Below are positions 10,232-19,047 of a DNA stretch of 64,000 nt, one piece after another. The stretch lies in assembly GCA_965218795.1 (NCBI GenBank), contig OZ244653.1, positions 1,600,001-1,664,000 on the forward strand. The letters run 5' to 3'. A program made the translations under genes and the position numbers. This DNA comes from a bacterium (lineage in GTDB: Bacteria; UBA8248; JACPRG01; G963555815). Below the pieces are notes generated by a model. It was given only the letters and a program-made list of their open reading frames with translations, did not search any database and had not been told where the DNA came from. Position 1 is the stretch's first letter. Each line of letters opens with the position of its first letter.

Positions 10232-10434
10232 CCAGTGGGGACAGAAATCGGGGAACGGGGTCGCCTTTCCGACGGGTCACGCCACAGAACGAGGTCTTTG
10301 CCCAACCGACGGACGCTCACCGGCGGGCCCTTGAGGTCGCCCGACGGCAGGACGGCGTGCCGGCAATCGGGCATCCCGTCCAGCATGGCCTCGTCGAACA
10401 TGGAACCGCGGATTCCTGCCTTCGTCTCCATCAC
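10232..10434 (-). pseudogene. 5' remnant of a Rieske non-heme iron oxygenase
   Basis: HAVLPSGDLKGPPVSVRRLGKDLVLWRD matches the Rieske-oxygenase N-terminus. A shifted frame gives D-F-C-P-H at 10249-10235 (DxCxH ligand motif), then homology stops. Confidence 0.7.
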
Positions 10435-10458
10435 CGGGCTCCCATTCCATCATGGGCC

Positions 10459-10962
10459 CTACTTCTTCCTCTTGATCTTCGCCAACGGATGTTCCGGCGG
10501 ATAGGTCGGAGTCTGCGGCTTGGACGCGCCAAGCATGACGCACATCAACGCCTCTTCGTCGGTATCGTTTCGGATCCCCCGATACAATCCGGGCGGCACG
10601 GAGATCAGATCGCGCTCCCGGAGAACCCGCTCCACCTTTTGGCCTTCATGTTCCACGTACACATGGACCGTCCCCTTGAGGATGAAGAAGGCCTCTTCAA
10701 CATCGGAGTGGAGGTGAGAAGGACCCTCGCAGCCGGGCGGAAGGATCATCGTGCTGAAGGTGAAGTGGACCGACGGGACGACGTTGGCGTCATGCGCCAC
10801 GCCCGTTCCGCCCGTGCCCATGTATCGCATCTGGGCCCGGCGGTATTTCGGGTCGTAGTCGGCCTGGAACCTGAGCGCCTCCCAATCGGGATCGCGATCC
10901 TGCAGGCGGGCAATGTGCTGGTCTACGACCTCTTCGAGGGTCGGGCTTTCGGTATCCGACAT
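10459..10962 (-). CDS. Cupin-domain protein
   Basis: GPSHLHSDVEEAFFILKG and RDLISVPPGLYRG cupin motifs. Confidence 0.9.
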   Translation of the reverse strand: MSDTESPTLEEVVDQHIARLQDRDPDWEALRFQADYDPKYRRAQMRYMGTGGTGVAHDANVVPSVHFTFSTMILPPGCEGPSHLHSDVEEAFFILKGTVHVYVEHEGQKVERVLRERDLISVPPGLYRGIRNDTDEEALMCVMLGASKPQTPTYPPEHPLAKIKRKK

Positions 10963-11661
10963 TGTTCCTCTCCTTAACAGTCAGAATCTCCGGCGTTGTT
11001 CGCCGGGGTCCCGGGATAGGGGACAGACGCTCCACTTGATTCATCACGGGTCGTTCACCCACCGAGATCATTCGCAATCCGGGACGACCCGGACGGCGAC
11101 TCCCGACGCATCGGGAACCGCGCCGAACAGCCACGACTCGAAGGCGTGCGGCATCCAAGGATTTCGGTATAAGCGCGGACTTCGTCGGAAAGGCCTATCA
11201 TGACGACGTGAGGCGCGGCTCCCCGGAGGGCGCTCCACTGACGGCGATTCCATGCAAAAAGAAAAACGGGCGCGTCCAGTCGTGCCGTGTGATGATTTCC
11301 ACCCCGATTCTGACGCAAGGAACTACCCCCGCGCATGACGATCCTGGCGAAAATACAGGCCGGATCATCCTGATGGATCATCGTACTTGACGCTGAAAAT
11401 GAATGCAATTCGACCTCATTCCCGCTCGTGATTGGTTGCAAAGAATCGCGTCAAACCGCAGCCCCGACCTGAGCGGAGGACCGTGCCCGAAGCGGAGACC
11501 GGGGCAACCGCTCAGGCCGCGAAGTCTTCCGAGTTGATCAGTCAACTGACCAACGACCCCATTCTCTCATTGCGAATCAGACGGGTCGGAGGACAGTTTC
11601 TTAGAAAATCATCGGTCCTGACTCGGACCGGATAGACCCCGCCCGCCCTCGGAATCGGGTC

Positions 11662-13317
11662 TTAGGCTCTCGCGAGGGGAAGAATGAGCCGGGACGGGGC
11701 GCCGCTGCCGGTTGAGACGGAAAGGGTGGTGATTCGCTGGTCGAGGAGTCTCGCATAGCCGGGTGGGTCCCCGGTTCCCGGGTTGATGTCAAACGCCGGA
11801 AAGCAGGCCCCTGCCAGACTGAGTCGGACCCGATGCCCCGCAGGCACCCGGCAACAGACCGCGCGGAGGCCGAGCTTCAAAGGGTCTGCGGTCCCGTCCG
11901 GTCCGATCCGCGCGTGGCTTTGGGTCAGATTGTACACCCTCCCGTCGGGTCGCACGTCCGAGAGCACCGCCGAAACGTCGAAGCTTGGCTGGTCGGCGCG
12001 GCACCAGAGCTCGACCGTGACGACTCCGGCCAAAAAAAGATCCTCCTCGAAGGGTTCCGATGTGTAGGTCAACACGTCGGATCGGCCGTCCACCTCCGAG
12101 CGGTCCACGCTGCCGTGCGGATTTCCAAGGTGTCCTCCGATCGAGGGTACGGGACGCCAGGGATCGTGGACAAGGACGTCTTCGCCCCCCGTGGCCGGGG
12201 ATTGAAGACTCAGCAGCCCGTCCGTCGCGTCGATTCCCGCCCGGCCGCTGCTGGACAGGAAGAAGGTTTCGCCTTCCCCATCCGGCCATGCATCGAACCT
12301 CCGCCACCCCTCGCCTCCCATCTCGTAAAGGAGAACGGGCGGCTCATCCAGGATTCCGGTCTCCAGCCCTTTCAGCCAATGGTCGAACCAGCGGATCTGC
12401 ATCCGGTCGACCCGGCTGACGGCCGTCGGTCCGAAATCCACCTCGCCCACCTTCGCGCTCCACGGCATGTGGACCCATGGGCCGACGATCAGCCGCTGCG
12501 GGCTTCGGCACCGGGCCGCCATATCCCGGTAGGCCGCCAAGGTGCCGGAGAGGAGCGCATCAAACCATCCGCCGATGTGAAGCGCCGGCAGGTCGATCGC
12601 CCTCGCCACGGACTTGGGCGAGATCCGCTCCCAGTAAGGGCCGGGGCGAGGGCTGGAAACCCAATCGTCGTAATGGCAAAAATCTCCGTATCGGGTCAGT
12701 ATCTCCGGCCTTGCGGGAACCGCCTCGAACAGCGGCATCCCCCGGGACGCCGAGAACAGGGCCTGGTGGGCTGCCATGTCGCCGTTTCGGCGGGCCGTCT
12801 CCGTGGCGAGTTGGAGAGCCCAGGCCATATCAAGCTCCAGACGGAGGGCTCCGTTCTCATAGGCGAAGTCCTCGTAGAGGTCATAGGCGAGCATTGCGGG
12901 ACAGATCGCCTTGAGGTCCCGGGCGCCCGAGGCGGCGGCGAGGAGCTGCGTCATTCCCTGGTACGAGAATCCGTACATGCCGACTTCGCCCGTGCTTCCC
13001 GGCAGATCGGCCGCCCAGGCAACGGTGTCAAATCCGTCGTGCAATTCCTGTTCGAGGAGACGGAATTCCCCCTCCGAGGTTCCCCGGCCGCGAACGTCCT
13101 GGATCACGACGATGTAGCCCTGCCGCGCATACCAGGACGGGTGGGCGAAGCTGACCGTGGAAGCGATGGCCCGTCCGTAAGGCTGTCGCATCAGGAGCCC
13201 CGGGAGCCGTTCTTCAGTGTCGGGGCGGTAAACGTCGGCGTCCAGGCGCACGCCGTCCCGCGTCGCCATCGAGACGGTCTCACGCGGCTTGAGCGGATAG
13301 TGTTCTGGCTGAATCAT
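11662..13317 (-). CDS. CocE/NonD family hydrolase (peptidase S15-like)
   Basis: TRDGVRLDADVYRP, QDVRGRGTSEG, GFSYQG (GxSYxG), IGGWFD, GPWVH, and a C-terminal jelly-roll. Start uncertain (13269-13362). Confidence 0.9.
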   Translation of the reverse strand: MIQPEHYPLKPRETVSMATRDGVRLDADVYRPDTEERLPGLLMRQPYGRAIASTVSFAHPSWYARQGYIVVIQDVRGRGTSEGEFRLLEQELHDGFDTVAWAADLPGSTGEVGMYGFSYQGMTQLLAAASGARDLKAICPAMLAYDLYEDFAYENGALRLELDMAWALQLATETARRNGDMAAHQALFSASRGMPLFEAVPARPEILTRYGDFCHYDDWVSSPRPGPYWERISPKSVARAIDLPALHIGGWFDALLSGTLAAYRDMAARCRSPQRLIVGPWVHMPWSAKVGEVDFGPTAVSRVDRMQIRWFDHWLKGLETGILDEPPVLLYEMGGEGWRRFDAWPDGEGETFFLSSSGRAGIDATDGLLSLQSPATGGEDVLVHDPWRPVPSIGGHLGNPHGSVDRSEVDGRSDVLTYTSEPFEEDLFLAGVVTVELWCRADQPSFDVSAVLSDVRPDGRVYNLTQSHARIGPDGTADPLKLGLRAVCCRVPAGHRVRLSLAGACFPAFDINPGTGDPPGYARLLDQRITTLSVSTGSGAPSRLILPLARA

Positions 13318-13484
13318 GAGATGGGGACGCCTCGGTCCCTGCCTCCACCGGTATCCCTTCACTCCATCAAGTGAAGGTGGGATTTGAACCCAAGCATGAA
13401 AATCTTTTCAATGTTCGCTTATGATATCCCGCACAGCATCGCATTCCAATTCGGGTTCCAACCCGATACAAACGGAGACGGACC

Positions 13485-14291
13485 GTGAGCCAATTGCCCC
13501 GCCGCTACTGGCAGGAGATGACCACCGAGGAATTCTCCGCCCTCGATCGGGAGCGGACCATCGCTCTCCTTCCCATCGCAGCCATCGAACAGCACGGACC
13601 GCACCTGCCGGTTTACGTGGACGCCTGCATCAATCAGGGGCTCATCACCCGAACGCTGGAGCTGATGCCCGACGACCTGTCCGTTACCGTGCTGCCGCCG
13701 GTCACGGTCGGGAAGAGCAATGAGCACGCCGCCTTCCCCGGAACGCTGACCCTCTCCGCCGAAACCCTCATCCGGATGTTGATGGAGATGGGCGAGTGCG
13801 TCCATCGGTCGGGGCTCGGAAAACTGGTTCTGTACAACTCCCACGGCGGCCAGCCGCAGATTCTCGACATCGTGGCGCGGGACCTGCGGGTCCGTTTCAA
13901 GCTGCTGGTCGTCGCGGCAACGGCGTACGGCCTGGCGGATGGAGACGACCTGTTTTCCGAGTGGGAGCTCCGTCACGGCATTCACGGCGGGGACGTCGAG
14001 ACGTCCATCATGCTGGCCCTGCGGCCTGACCTGGTCCGGATGGAGAAGGCCAAGCGGTTCGACCCGGTCTCGACCGAGATGGAGAAACAGTTTCGCTTTT
14101 TGATGCCCGAGGGGCGTGTGGGTTTCGGCTGGCAGGTTCAGGATATTCAGGGCGAGGGAGCCTGCGGGGATGCCGGTCAGGCCGCCGCCGAAAAGGGACA
14201 GAAAATGATCGACCGGTTGGCCGAAGGTTTGGTCACTCTGCTACGGGAAGTTGACCAACTTCCCCTGACCATCCTGAAAGATCACCCTTAA
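13485..14291 (+). CDS. Creatininase/creatinine amidohydrolase family protein
   Basis: AIEQHGPHLPV.VD, SNEH..FPGT, NSHGGQ, IHGGDVETS. Confidence 0.92.
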   Translation: MSQLPRRYWQEMTTEEFSALDRERTIALLPIAAIEQHGPHLPVYVDACINQGLITRTLELMPDDLSVTVLPPVTVGKSNEHAAFPGTLTLSAETLIRMLMEMGECVHRSGLGKLVLYNSHGGQPQILDIVARDLRVRFKLLVVAATAYGLADGDDLFSEWELRHGIHGGDVETSIMLALRPDLVRMEKAKRFDPVSTEMEKQFRFLMPEGRVGFGWQVQDIQGEGACGDAGQAAAEKGQKMIDRLAEGLVTLLREVDQLPLTILKDHP

Positions 14292-14385
14292 TCCGGAAAT
14301 CTGGCAGCGGGACGCTTCCCTGAATCCTCGCGCAGGTCGATGAGCTGGGCCCGGAATGATAACTTGAGTCCTCCACTTCGAGTTT

Positions 14386-14414
14386 TTGAATTTTGGGAAT
14401 CATTTCGGTATACT
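14386..14414 (+). promoter_or_regulatory. Sigma-70-type promoter for the ABC operon
   Basis: TTGAAT-17 bp-TATACT, about 185 nt upstream of the SBP start. Confidence 0.55.
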
Positions 14415-14600
14415 TTTCCTGATGTCCTATCAGATTGGGTACCGGAGAGTCGGATGCTTGCCGTCCCCGGAAGTCTCCGGCGCGGCGTTCATGAGAATTC
14501 TGGAAACCTGCACGCAAGCCTCCATCGCAGGCGTGTCCGGCTTTCGAGGGTTCCGGATGAACCGGCGCTCTCCCGGATCTTCAATGGAAAGGAGGGTACG

Positions 14601-15617
14601 ATGACGATGAAATCGATGCTTCGGACCGCATCCCGCTTTCTTTGGATAGGCCTTGTGGCGGCGCTGGCCGTGGCCTGGATCGTCCAACCGGCTCTGTCGG
14701 CGGATAAGGTCAAGTTCATGACGAACTGGAAGGCCCAGGCCGAGCACGGCGGCTTTTACCAGGCCATCGCAACCGGAATCTACAAGAAGAAGGGCCTGGA
14801 CGTGACCCTCCGGATGGGCGGGCCCGGCGCCAACAACCCGCAACTACTGGCCGGAGGCGCCATCGACATCAACCTGTCGACGAACACGGGGATGGCGCTG
14901 AACTTCCTCAAGAACAACGTCCCCATGATCACCGTCGCCGCGATCTTCCAGAAAGACCCGCAGGTCCTGATCTCCCACCCGGGTCAGGGGAACGACACCA
15001 TCCCCGCCATGAAGGGCAAGCCGATCATGATCTCCACGGCCGCCCGCAATACGTGGTGGATTTATTTCAGGCAAAAGTACGGGTTCAAAGATAACCAGAT
15101 CCGCCGGTACACCTTCCAGATGGCCCCCTTCCTTGTGGACAAGAAGGCCATCCAGCAGGGCTACGTCAGCAGCGAGCCTTTCTACATCAAAAAGGAAGGC
15201 GTCAACCCGATCGTCAACCTCATCGCCGACACCGGCTGGCCGGCCTATTCGGCGTTGCTCACCACGTCCAAGGACTGGGTGGACAACAAGACCGACGTGG
15301 TGCGCAAGTTCGTCGAAGGCAGCATCGAGGGCTGGTACAGCTACCTCTTCAAGAATCCTGCTCCGGCAAACAAGCTCATCCAGAAAGACAACAAGGAGAT
15401 GTCCAGCGCTCAGATCGTCTATGGCATCTCCAAGCTGAAGGAGCACGGCATCGTCGACGGAGCCGACGCCAAGAGACTGGGTATCGGCACCATGACAGAG
15501 CCGCGCATCAAGGAATTCTTTGAACTGATGAGCAACGCCGGTCTCTACGACAAGAACATGAAATACATGAAGGCGTTCGACCTTCGGTTCGTCAACAAGA
15601 AGCACGGCATGATGTAG
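14601..15617 (+). CDS. ABC transporter substrate-binding protein, NMT1/THI5 family
   Basis: AGGAGG RBS, signal peptide, TNWKAQAEHGGFYQA, AAIFQKDPQ, QQGYVSSEPF. Followed by a hairpin at about 15637-15667. Confidence 0.92.
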   Translation: MTMKSMLRTASRFLWIGLVAALAVAWIVQPALSADKVKFMTNWKAQAEHGGFYQAIATGIYKKKGLDVTLRMGGPGANNPQLLAGGAIDINLSTNTGMALNFLKNNVPMITVAAIFQKDPQVLISHPGQGNDTIPAMKGKPIMISTAARNTWWIYFRQKYGFKDNQIRRYTFQMAPFLVDKKAIQQGYVSSEPFYIKKEGVNPIVNLIADTGWPAYSALLTTSKDWVDNKTDVVRKFVEGSIEGWYSYLFKNPAPANKLIQKDNKEMSSAQIVYGISKLKEHGIVDGADAKRLGIGTMTEPRIKEFFELMSNAGLYDKNMKYMKAFDLRFVNKKHGMM

Positions 15618-15719
15618 TCATTTGGTTTTGCGGTCCCCGGCCGGCGCCTTGCAGGCGCCGGCCGGCATCCATTTCCATACATTCCCGATTCCACGGGGCA
15701 GAAAGGTCCCGTCCGTATC

Positions 15720-16502
15720 ATGTTCAGTGCCAACGACATCGTCTCGCTTACGAAAGTGGATAAGACCTATTCCAACGGGACCGTCGCCCTGAAGGGCATG
15801 GACCTGACGGTCACCGACCGCGAGTTCGTCAGCCTGCTGGGTCCCTCGGGTTGCGGCAAGAGCACAGGGCTTCGCCTGATTGCCGGACTGGGCGACCTGA
15901 CGGGCGGACGGATCGACTGGCCCAAGGCCGCCATCGAAGGACACAGCGACCGCCGGCACAACATCGGATTCGTCTTCCAGGAACCGACCCTGATGCCGTG
16001 GGCCACGGTCTTTGACAATGTCTACCTCCCGCTGAAGCTGTCGGGCCTCTCCAAGGCCAAGGCCGCCGACCGGGTCCGGGAATCCATCGGCATGGTCCAC
16101 CTGGACGGCTTCGAGGGCGCCTATCCGCGCGAGCTGTCCGGCGGGATGAAAATGCGCGTCTCCATCGCCCGGGCTCTGGTGACCGACCCGGAAATCCTGC
16201 TGATGGACGAGCCCTTCGCCGCCCTCGACGAGATCACCCGGTTCAAGCTGAACAACGACCTGCTGGCACTCTGGAGGAGCCAGAACCTGACCGTCATTTT
16301 CGTCACGCACAGCGTGTATGAGTCCGTCTTCCTGTCCAAGCGAATCGTCGTCATGGCCGCGCGTCCCGGCCGGGTCATCGATGAGATCCGGATCGAGACC
16401 TCCTACCCGCGCGACGACAGCTTCCGGATCTCGCCGGTTTATAATGATCACTGCCGCAGGGTCTCGGCCCTCCTTCACGAAGCCATGACGGCCGCCAATT
16501 GA
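15720..16502 (+). CDS. ABC transporter ATP-binding protein (TauB/SsuB type)
   Basis: GPSGCGKST, LSGGMKMR, LLMDEPF, FVTHS. Confidence 0.95.
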   Translation: MFSANDIVSLTKVDKTYSNGTVALKGMDLTVTDREFVSLLGPSGCGKSTGLRLIAGLGDLTGGRIDWPKAAIEGHSDRRHNIGFVFQEPTLMPWATVFDNVYLPLKLSGLSKAKAADRVRESIGMVHLDGFEGAYPRELSGGMKMRVSIARALVTDPEILLMDEPFAALDEITRFKLNNDLLALWRSQNLTVIFVTHSVYESVFLSKRIVVMAARPGRVIDEIRIETSYPRDDSFRISPVYNDHCRRVSALLHEAMTAAN

Positions 16503-16516
16503 CGGCGGGGGATTCC

Positions 16517-17407
16517 ATGACAACCAACGTCCGAAGCCTTCCCGCCGAAACCCCCGACCCCCGGCACGGTTTTGACGACCTCCCGCCTCCACCCAGGGAA
16601 GAAAAGCGGATCCTCGGCGTTCGGATTTCCACGCTTCCGAAGATCCTCGCTCCGATATTCATCGGGGTCCTTGCCCTCATCGCCTGGCATTTCTTCGTCA
16701 TCTTGAACAACATGCCCCACTATGTCCTTCCCCGCCCCATGCTTGTGATCAAGACGCTTTTCAAGGACTGGGGCACGCTGTCCGAATCGCTGCTGGTCAC
16801 GCTGGAGACCACGGGGTTGGCTTTTCTGTGCGCCGCGGTGGGCGGTCTGCTCATATCCGTTCTGTTTTCGATGTCCAAGTGGGTCGAGATGAGTCTCTTC
16901 CCGTACGCGGTCACCCTCCAAGTGACGCCCATCGTGGCCATCGCGCCGCTGATTATCATCTGGGCCAAGAACATCCAGGTTGCGCTTCTGATTTGCGCCT
17001 GGATTGTCGCCTTCTTCCCCATTGTGTCGAACACGACGCTGGGTCTGAACAGCACGGATCATAATCTGCTGAACCTCTTTCAGCTCTACGGAGCTTCGCG
17101 GCGGCAGATCCTCTGGCACCTGCGGCTCCCCAACGCCATGCCGTACTACCTCGGGGGTCTGCGGATCAGCGGCGGGCTGGCGCTCATCGGGGCGGTCGTC
17201 GCGGAGTTCGTCGCCGGCACCGGCGGGGACGCCTCCGGTCTCGCGTATCGGATCCTCGAATCGGGCTACCGGCTCAATATCCCGCGGATGTTCGCCGCGC
17301 TGATCATGATCTCCCTGACCGGAATTTGCATCTTCCTGGTGCTCAGCCTCGTACAGCACCTCGCTCTGCGAAAATGGCATGAAAGCGCGGTGAAGCGGGA
17401 GAATTAA
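16517..17407 (+). CDS. ABC transporter permease (TauC/SsuC type)
   Basis: Multiple TM helices, PIVAIAPL, EAA-like loop LFQLYGAS..QIL..LRLP. Confidence 0.92.
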   Translation: MTTNVRSLPAETPDPRHGFDDLPPPPREEKRILGVRISTLPKILAPIFIGVLALIAWHFFVILNNMPHYVLPRPMLVIKTLFKDWGTLSESLLVTLETTGLAFLCAAVGGLLISVLFSMSKWVEMSLFPYAVTLQVTPIVAIAPLIIIWAKNIQVALLICAWIVAFFPIVSNTTLGLNSTDHNLLNLFQLYGASRRQILWHLRLPNAMPYYLGGLRISGGLALIGAVVAEFVAGTGGDASGLAYRILESGYRLNIPRMFAALIMISLTGICIFLVLSLVQHLALRKWHESAVKREN

Positions 17408-17472
17408 TCGGGCGAAACCCAGTCCTCCGGGCCGGGCGTTCCGGCTCGGAGGACTCGAGGGAGGAATCTTTC

Positions 17473-18900
17473 ATGACACAGACTCGGAATCGGAAAGAGA
17501 CCGATTGGCAGGACTTCGCCAAGACCCTGGGAGCCGTCCCGACAAGCCTCGATCCCGGAATCATCAAGCAAAAATCCCTCGACTACTACTGGTTCAGCCC
17601 GATCCTGAAGCGGGATCTCGCTGATAAGCGGGCCGACATCGTCATCACCCCCCGCGACGAAGAAGAAGTCCTCCGCACTGTCCGGACGTGCGTGGAGCGA
17701 CGGGTGCCGATTACGGTCCGGGCCGGCGGAACCGGCAATTACGGCCAGGCCATTCCGACCGAAGGCGGAGCCGTCCTGGACCTCACTGCATTGAACCGGA
17801 TCGAATGGTTCCAGTCCGGCATCATCCGCTGCGAGGCAGGGCTGATGCTGGACGACCTCGACGCCGCTGCGAATGAGACCGGCTGGGAGATCCGCCTGTA
17901 TCCCTCAACGAAACGCACCGCGACCGTGGGCGGCCACGTGGCCGGCGGCAGCGGGGGAGTCGGGTCCATCCGCCACGGGTTGTTGCGCGACCCCGGCAAT
18001 GTCAACGCGGTTCGGGTCGTCACGCTCGAGGATGATCCGAGGGTCCTCGAGCTCCGGGGCCGGGACATCAATCAGGTCAATCACGCCTACGGGACCAACG
18101 GGATCATCACGGCGCTGGAGATGCCGCTGACGCCGGCCCATCCCTGGGCCGACGTGGTCGCCTCGTTCGACGACTTCATCACCGCCTCCCGTTTCGGAGA
18201 GACCCTGGGCCAGGCGGACGGCGTCGTCGTCAACGAGATCTGCGTCCTTGCCTGGCCGATCCCCGAGTATTTCAAGCCGCTCCGGAGATTCATCCCGGAG
18301 GGGAGCGGAACGGCCTTTTGCATCGTCGCCGAGCAGTCGCTGGAATGGTTCGAGTACCTCGTGAACGATTTCGGGGGCTCCATCTGCTACAAGAAGAACG
18401 CCGAAGAGGTCGCCAAGACCACTCCCCTGTACGAATACACCTGGAACCACACCACGCTGTACGCCATCAAAGTCGACCCCTCCATCACGTACCTGCAAAC
18501 ACTGTTCGAACCCGGCCGGTCCATCGAGATGATCGAGCATTTCTACAGCTATTTCGGTGACGAAACCCCGATGCACGTGGAGTTCGTCCGTCTGCACGGG
18601 CAAGTGGGCGCCTTCGCGGTGCAGCTCCTCCGCTACACCACCGAGGAACGGCTGAACGAGATTATCGAATACCTCGAGGACCACGGAGCGCCCGTCTTCA
18701 ATCCCCACACGCCCATTCTGGAGGACGGGGGAATGAAGATGGTCGATCAAGAGCAGCTCAACTTCAAGCGGGAGGCCGACCCCCACGGGCTGTCCAATCC
18801 CGGAAAGATGCGGGCCTGGTGGGAGGAGAAACAGGCCGACGTCCGGAAGGAAGGCGCTTTGTACGAAGCGCGCGAAAGCGGAAAGACCTTCACCACCTAG
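17473..18900 (+). CDS. FAD-binding oxidoreductase (PCMH/VAO family)
   Basis: RAGGTGNYGQ, ATVGGHVAGGSGG, YGTNGII, C-terminal DPHGLSNPGK. Confidence 0.9.
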   Translation: MTQTRNRKETDWQDFAKTLGAVPTSLDPGIIKQKSLDYYWFSPILKRDLADKRADIVITPRDEEEVLRTVRTCVERRVPITVRAGGTGNYGQAIPTEGGAVLDLTALNRIEWFQSGIIRCEAGLMLDDLDAAANETGWEIRLYPSTKRTATVGGHVAGGSGGVGSIRHGLLRDPGNVNAVRVVTLEDDPRVLELRGRDINQVNHAYGTNGIITALEMPLTPAHPWADVVASFDDFITASRFGETLGQADGVVVNEICVLAWPIPEYFKPLRRFIPEGSGTAFCIVAEQSLEWFEYLVNDFGGSICYKKNAEEVAKTTPLYEYTWNHTTLYAIKVDPSITYLQTLFEPGRSIEMIEHFYSYFGDETPMHVEFVRLHGQVGAFAVQLLRYTTEERLNEIIEYLEDHGAPVFNPHTPILEDGGMKMVDQEQLNFKREADPHGLSNPGKMRAWWEEKQADVRKEGALYEARESGKTFTT

Positions 18901-19047
18901 AGAGTCGTCCAGCGTGAGACATCAGGATCGCTGAAATCCCATTCGCTGCGCCGAGGGGTCCGACAAGGCGTGAATTCATTCGGGGCGGGCATCATGTCCG
19001 CCCTCCCTTTCTGAAGAGTACGGGTCATCCTGCCCGGGAAATCCCGC

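Noticed and set aside
11000-11650. ncRNA in the long intergenic region (hairpin CCTGAGCGG..CCGCTCAGG)
   Set aside because: No recognisable family motif; hairpins are expected by chance at this GC content.
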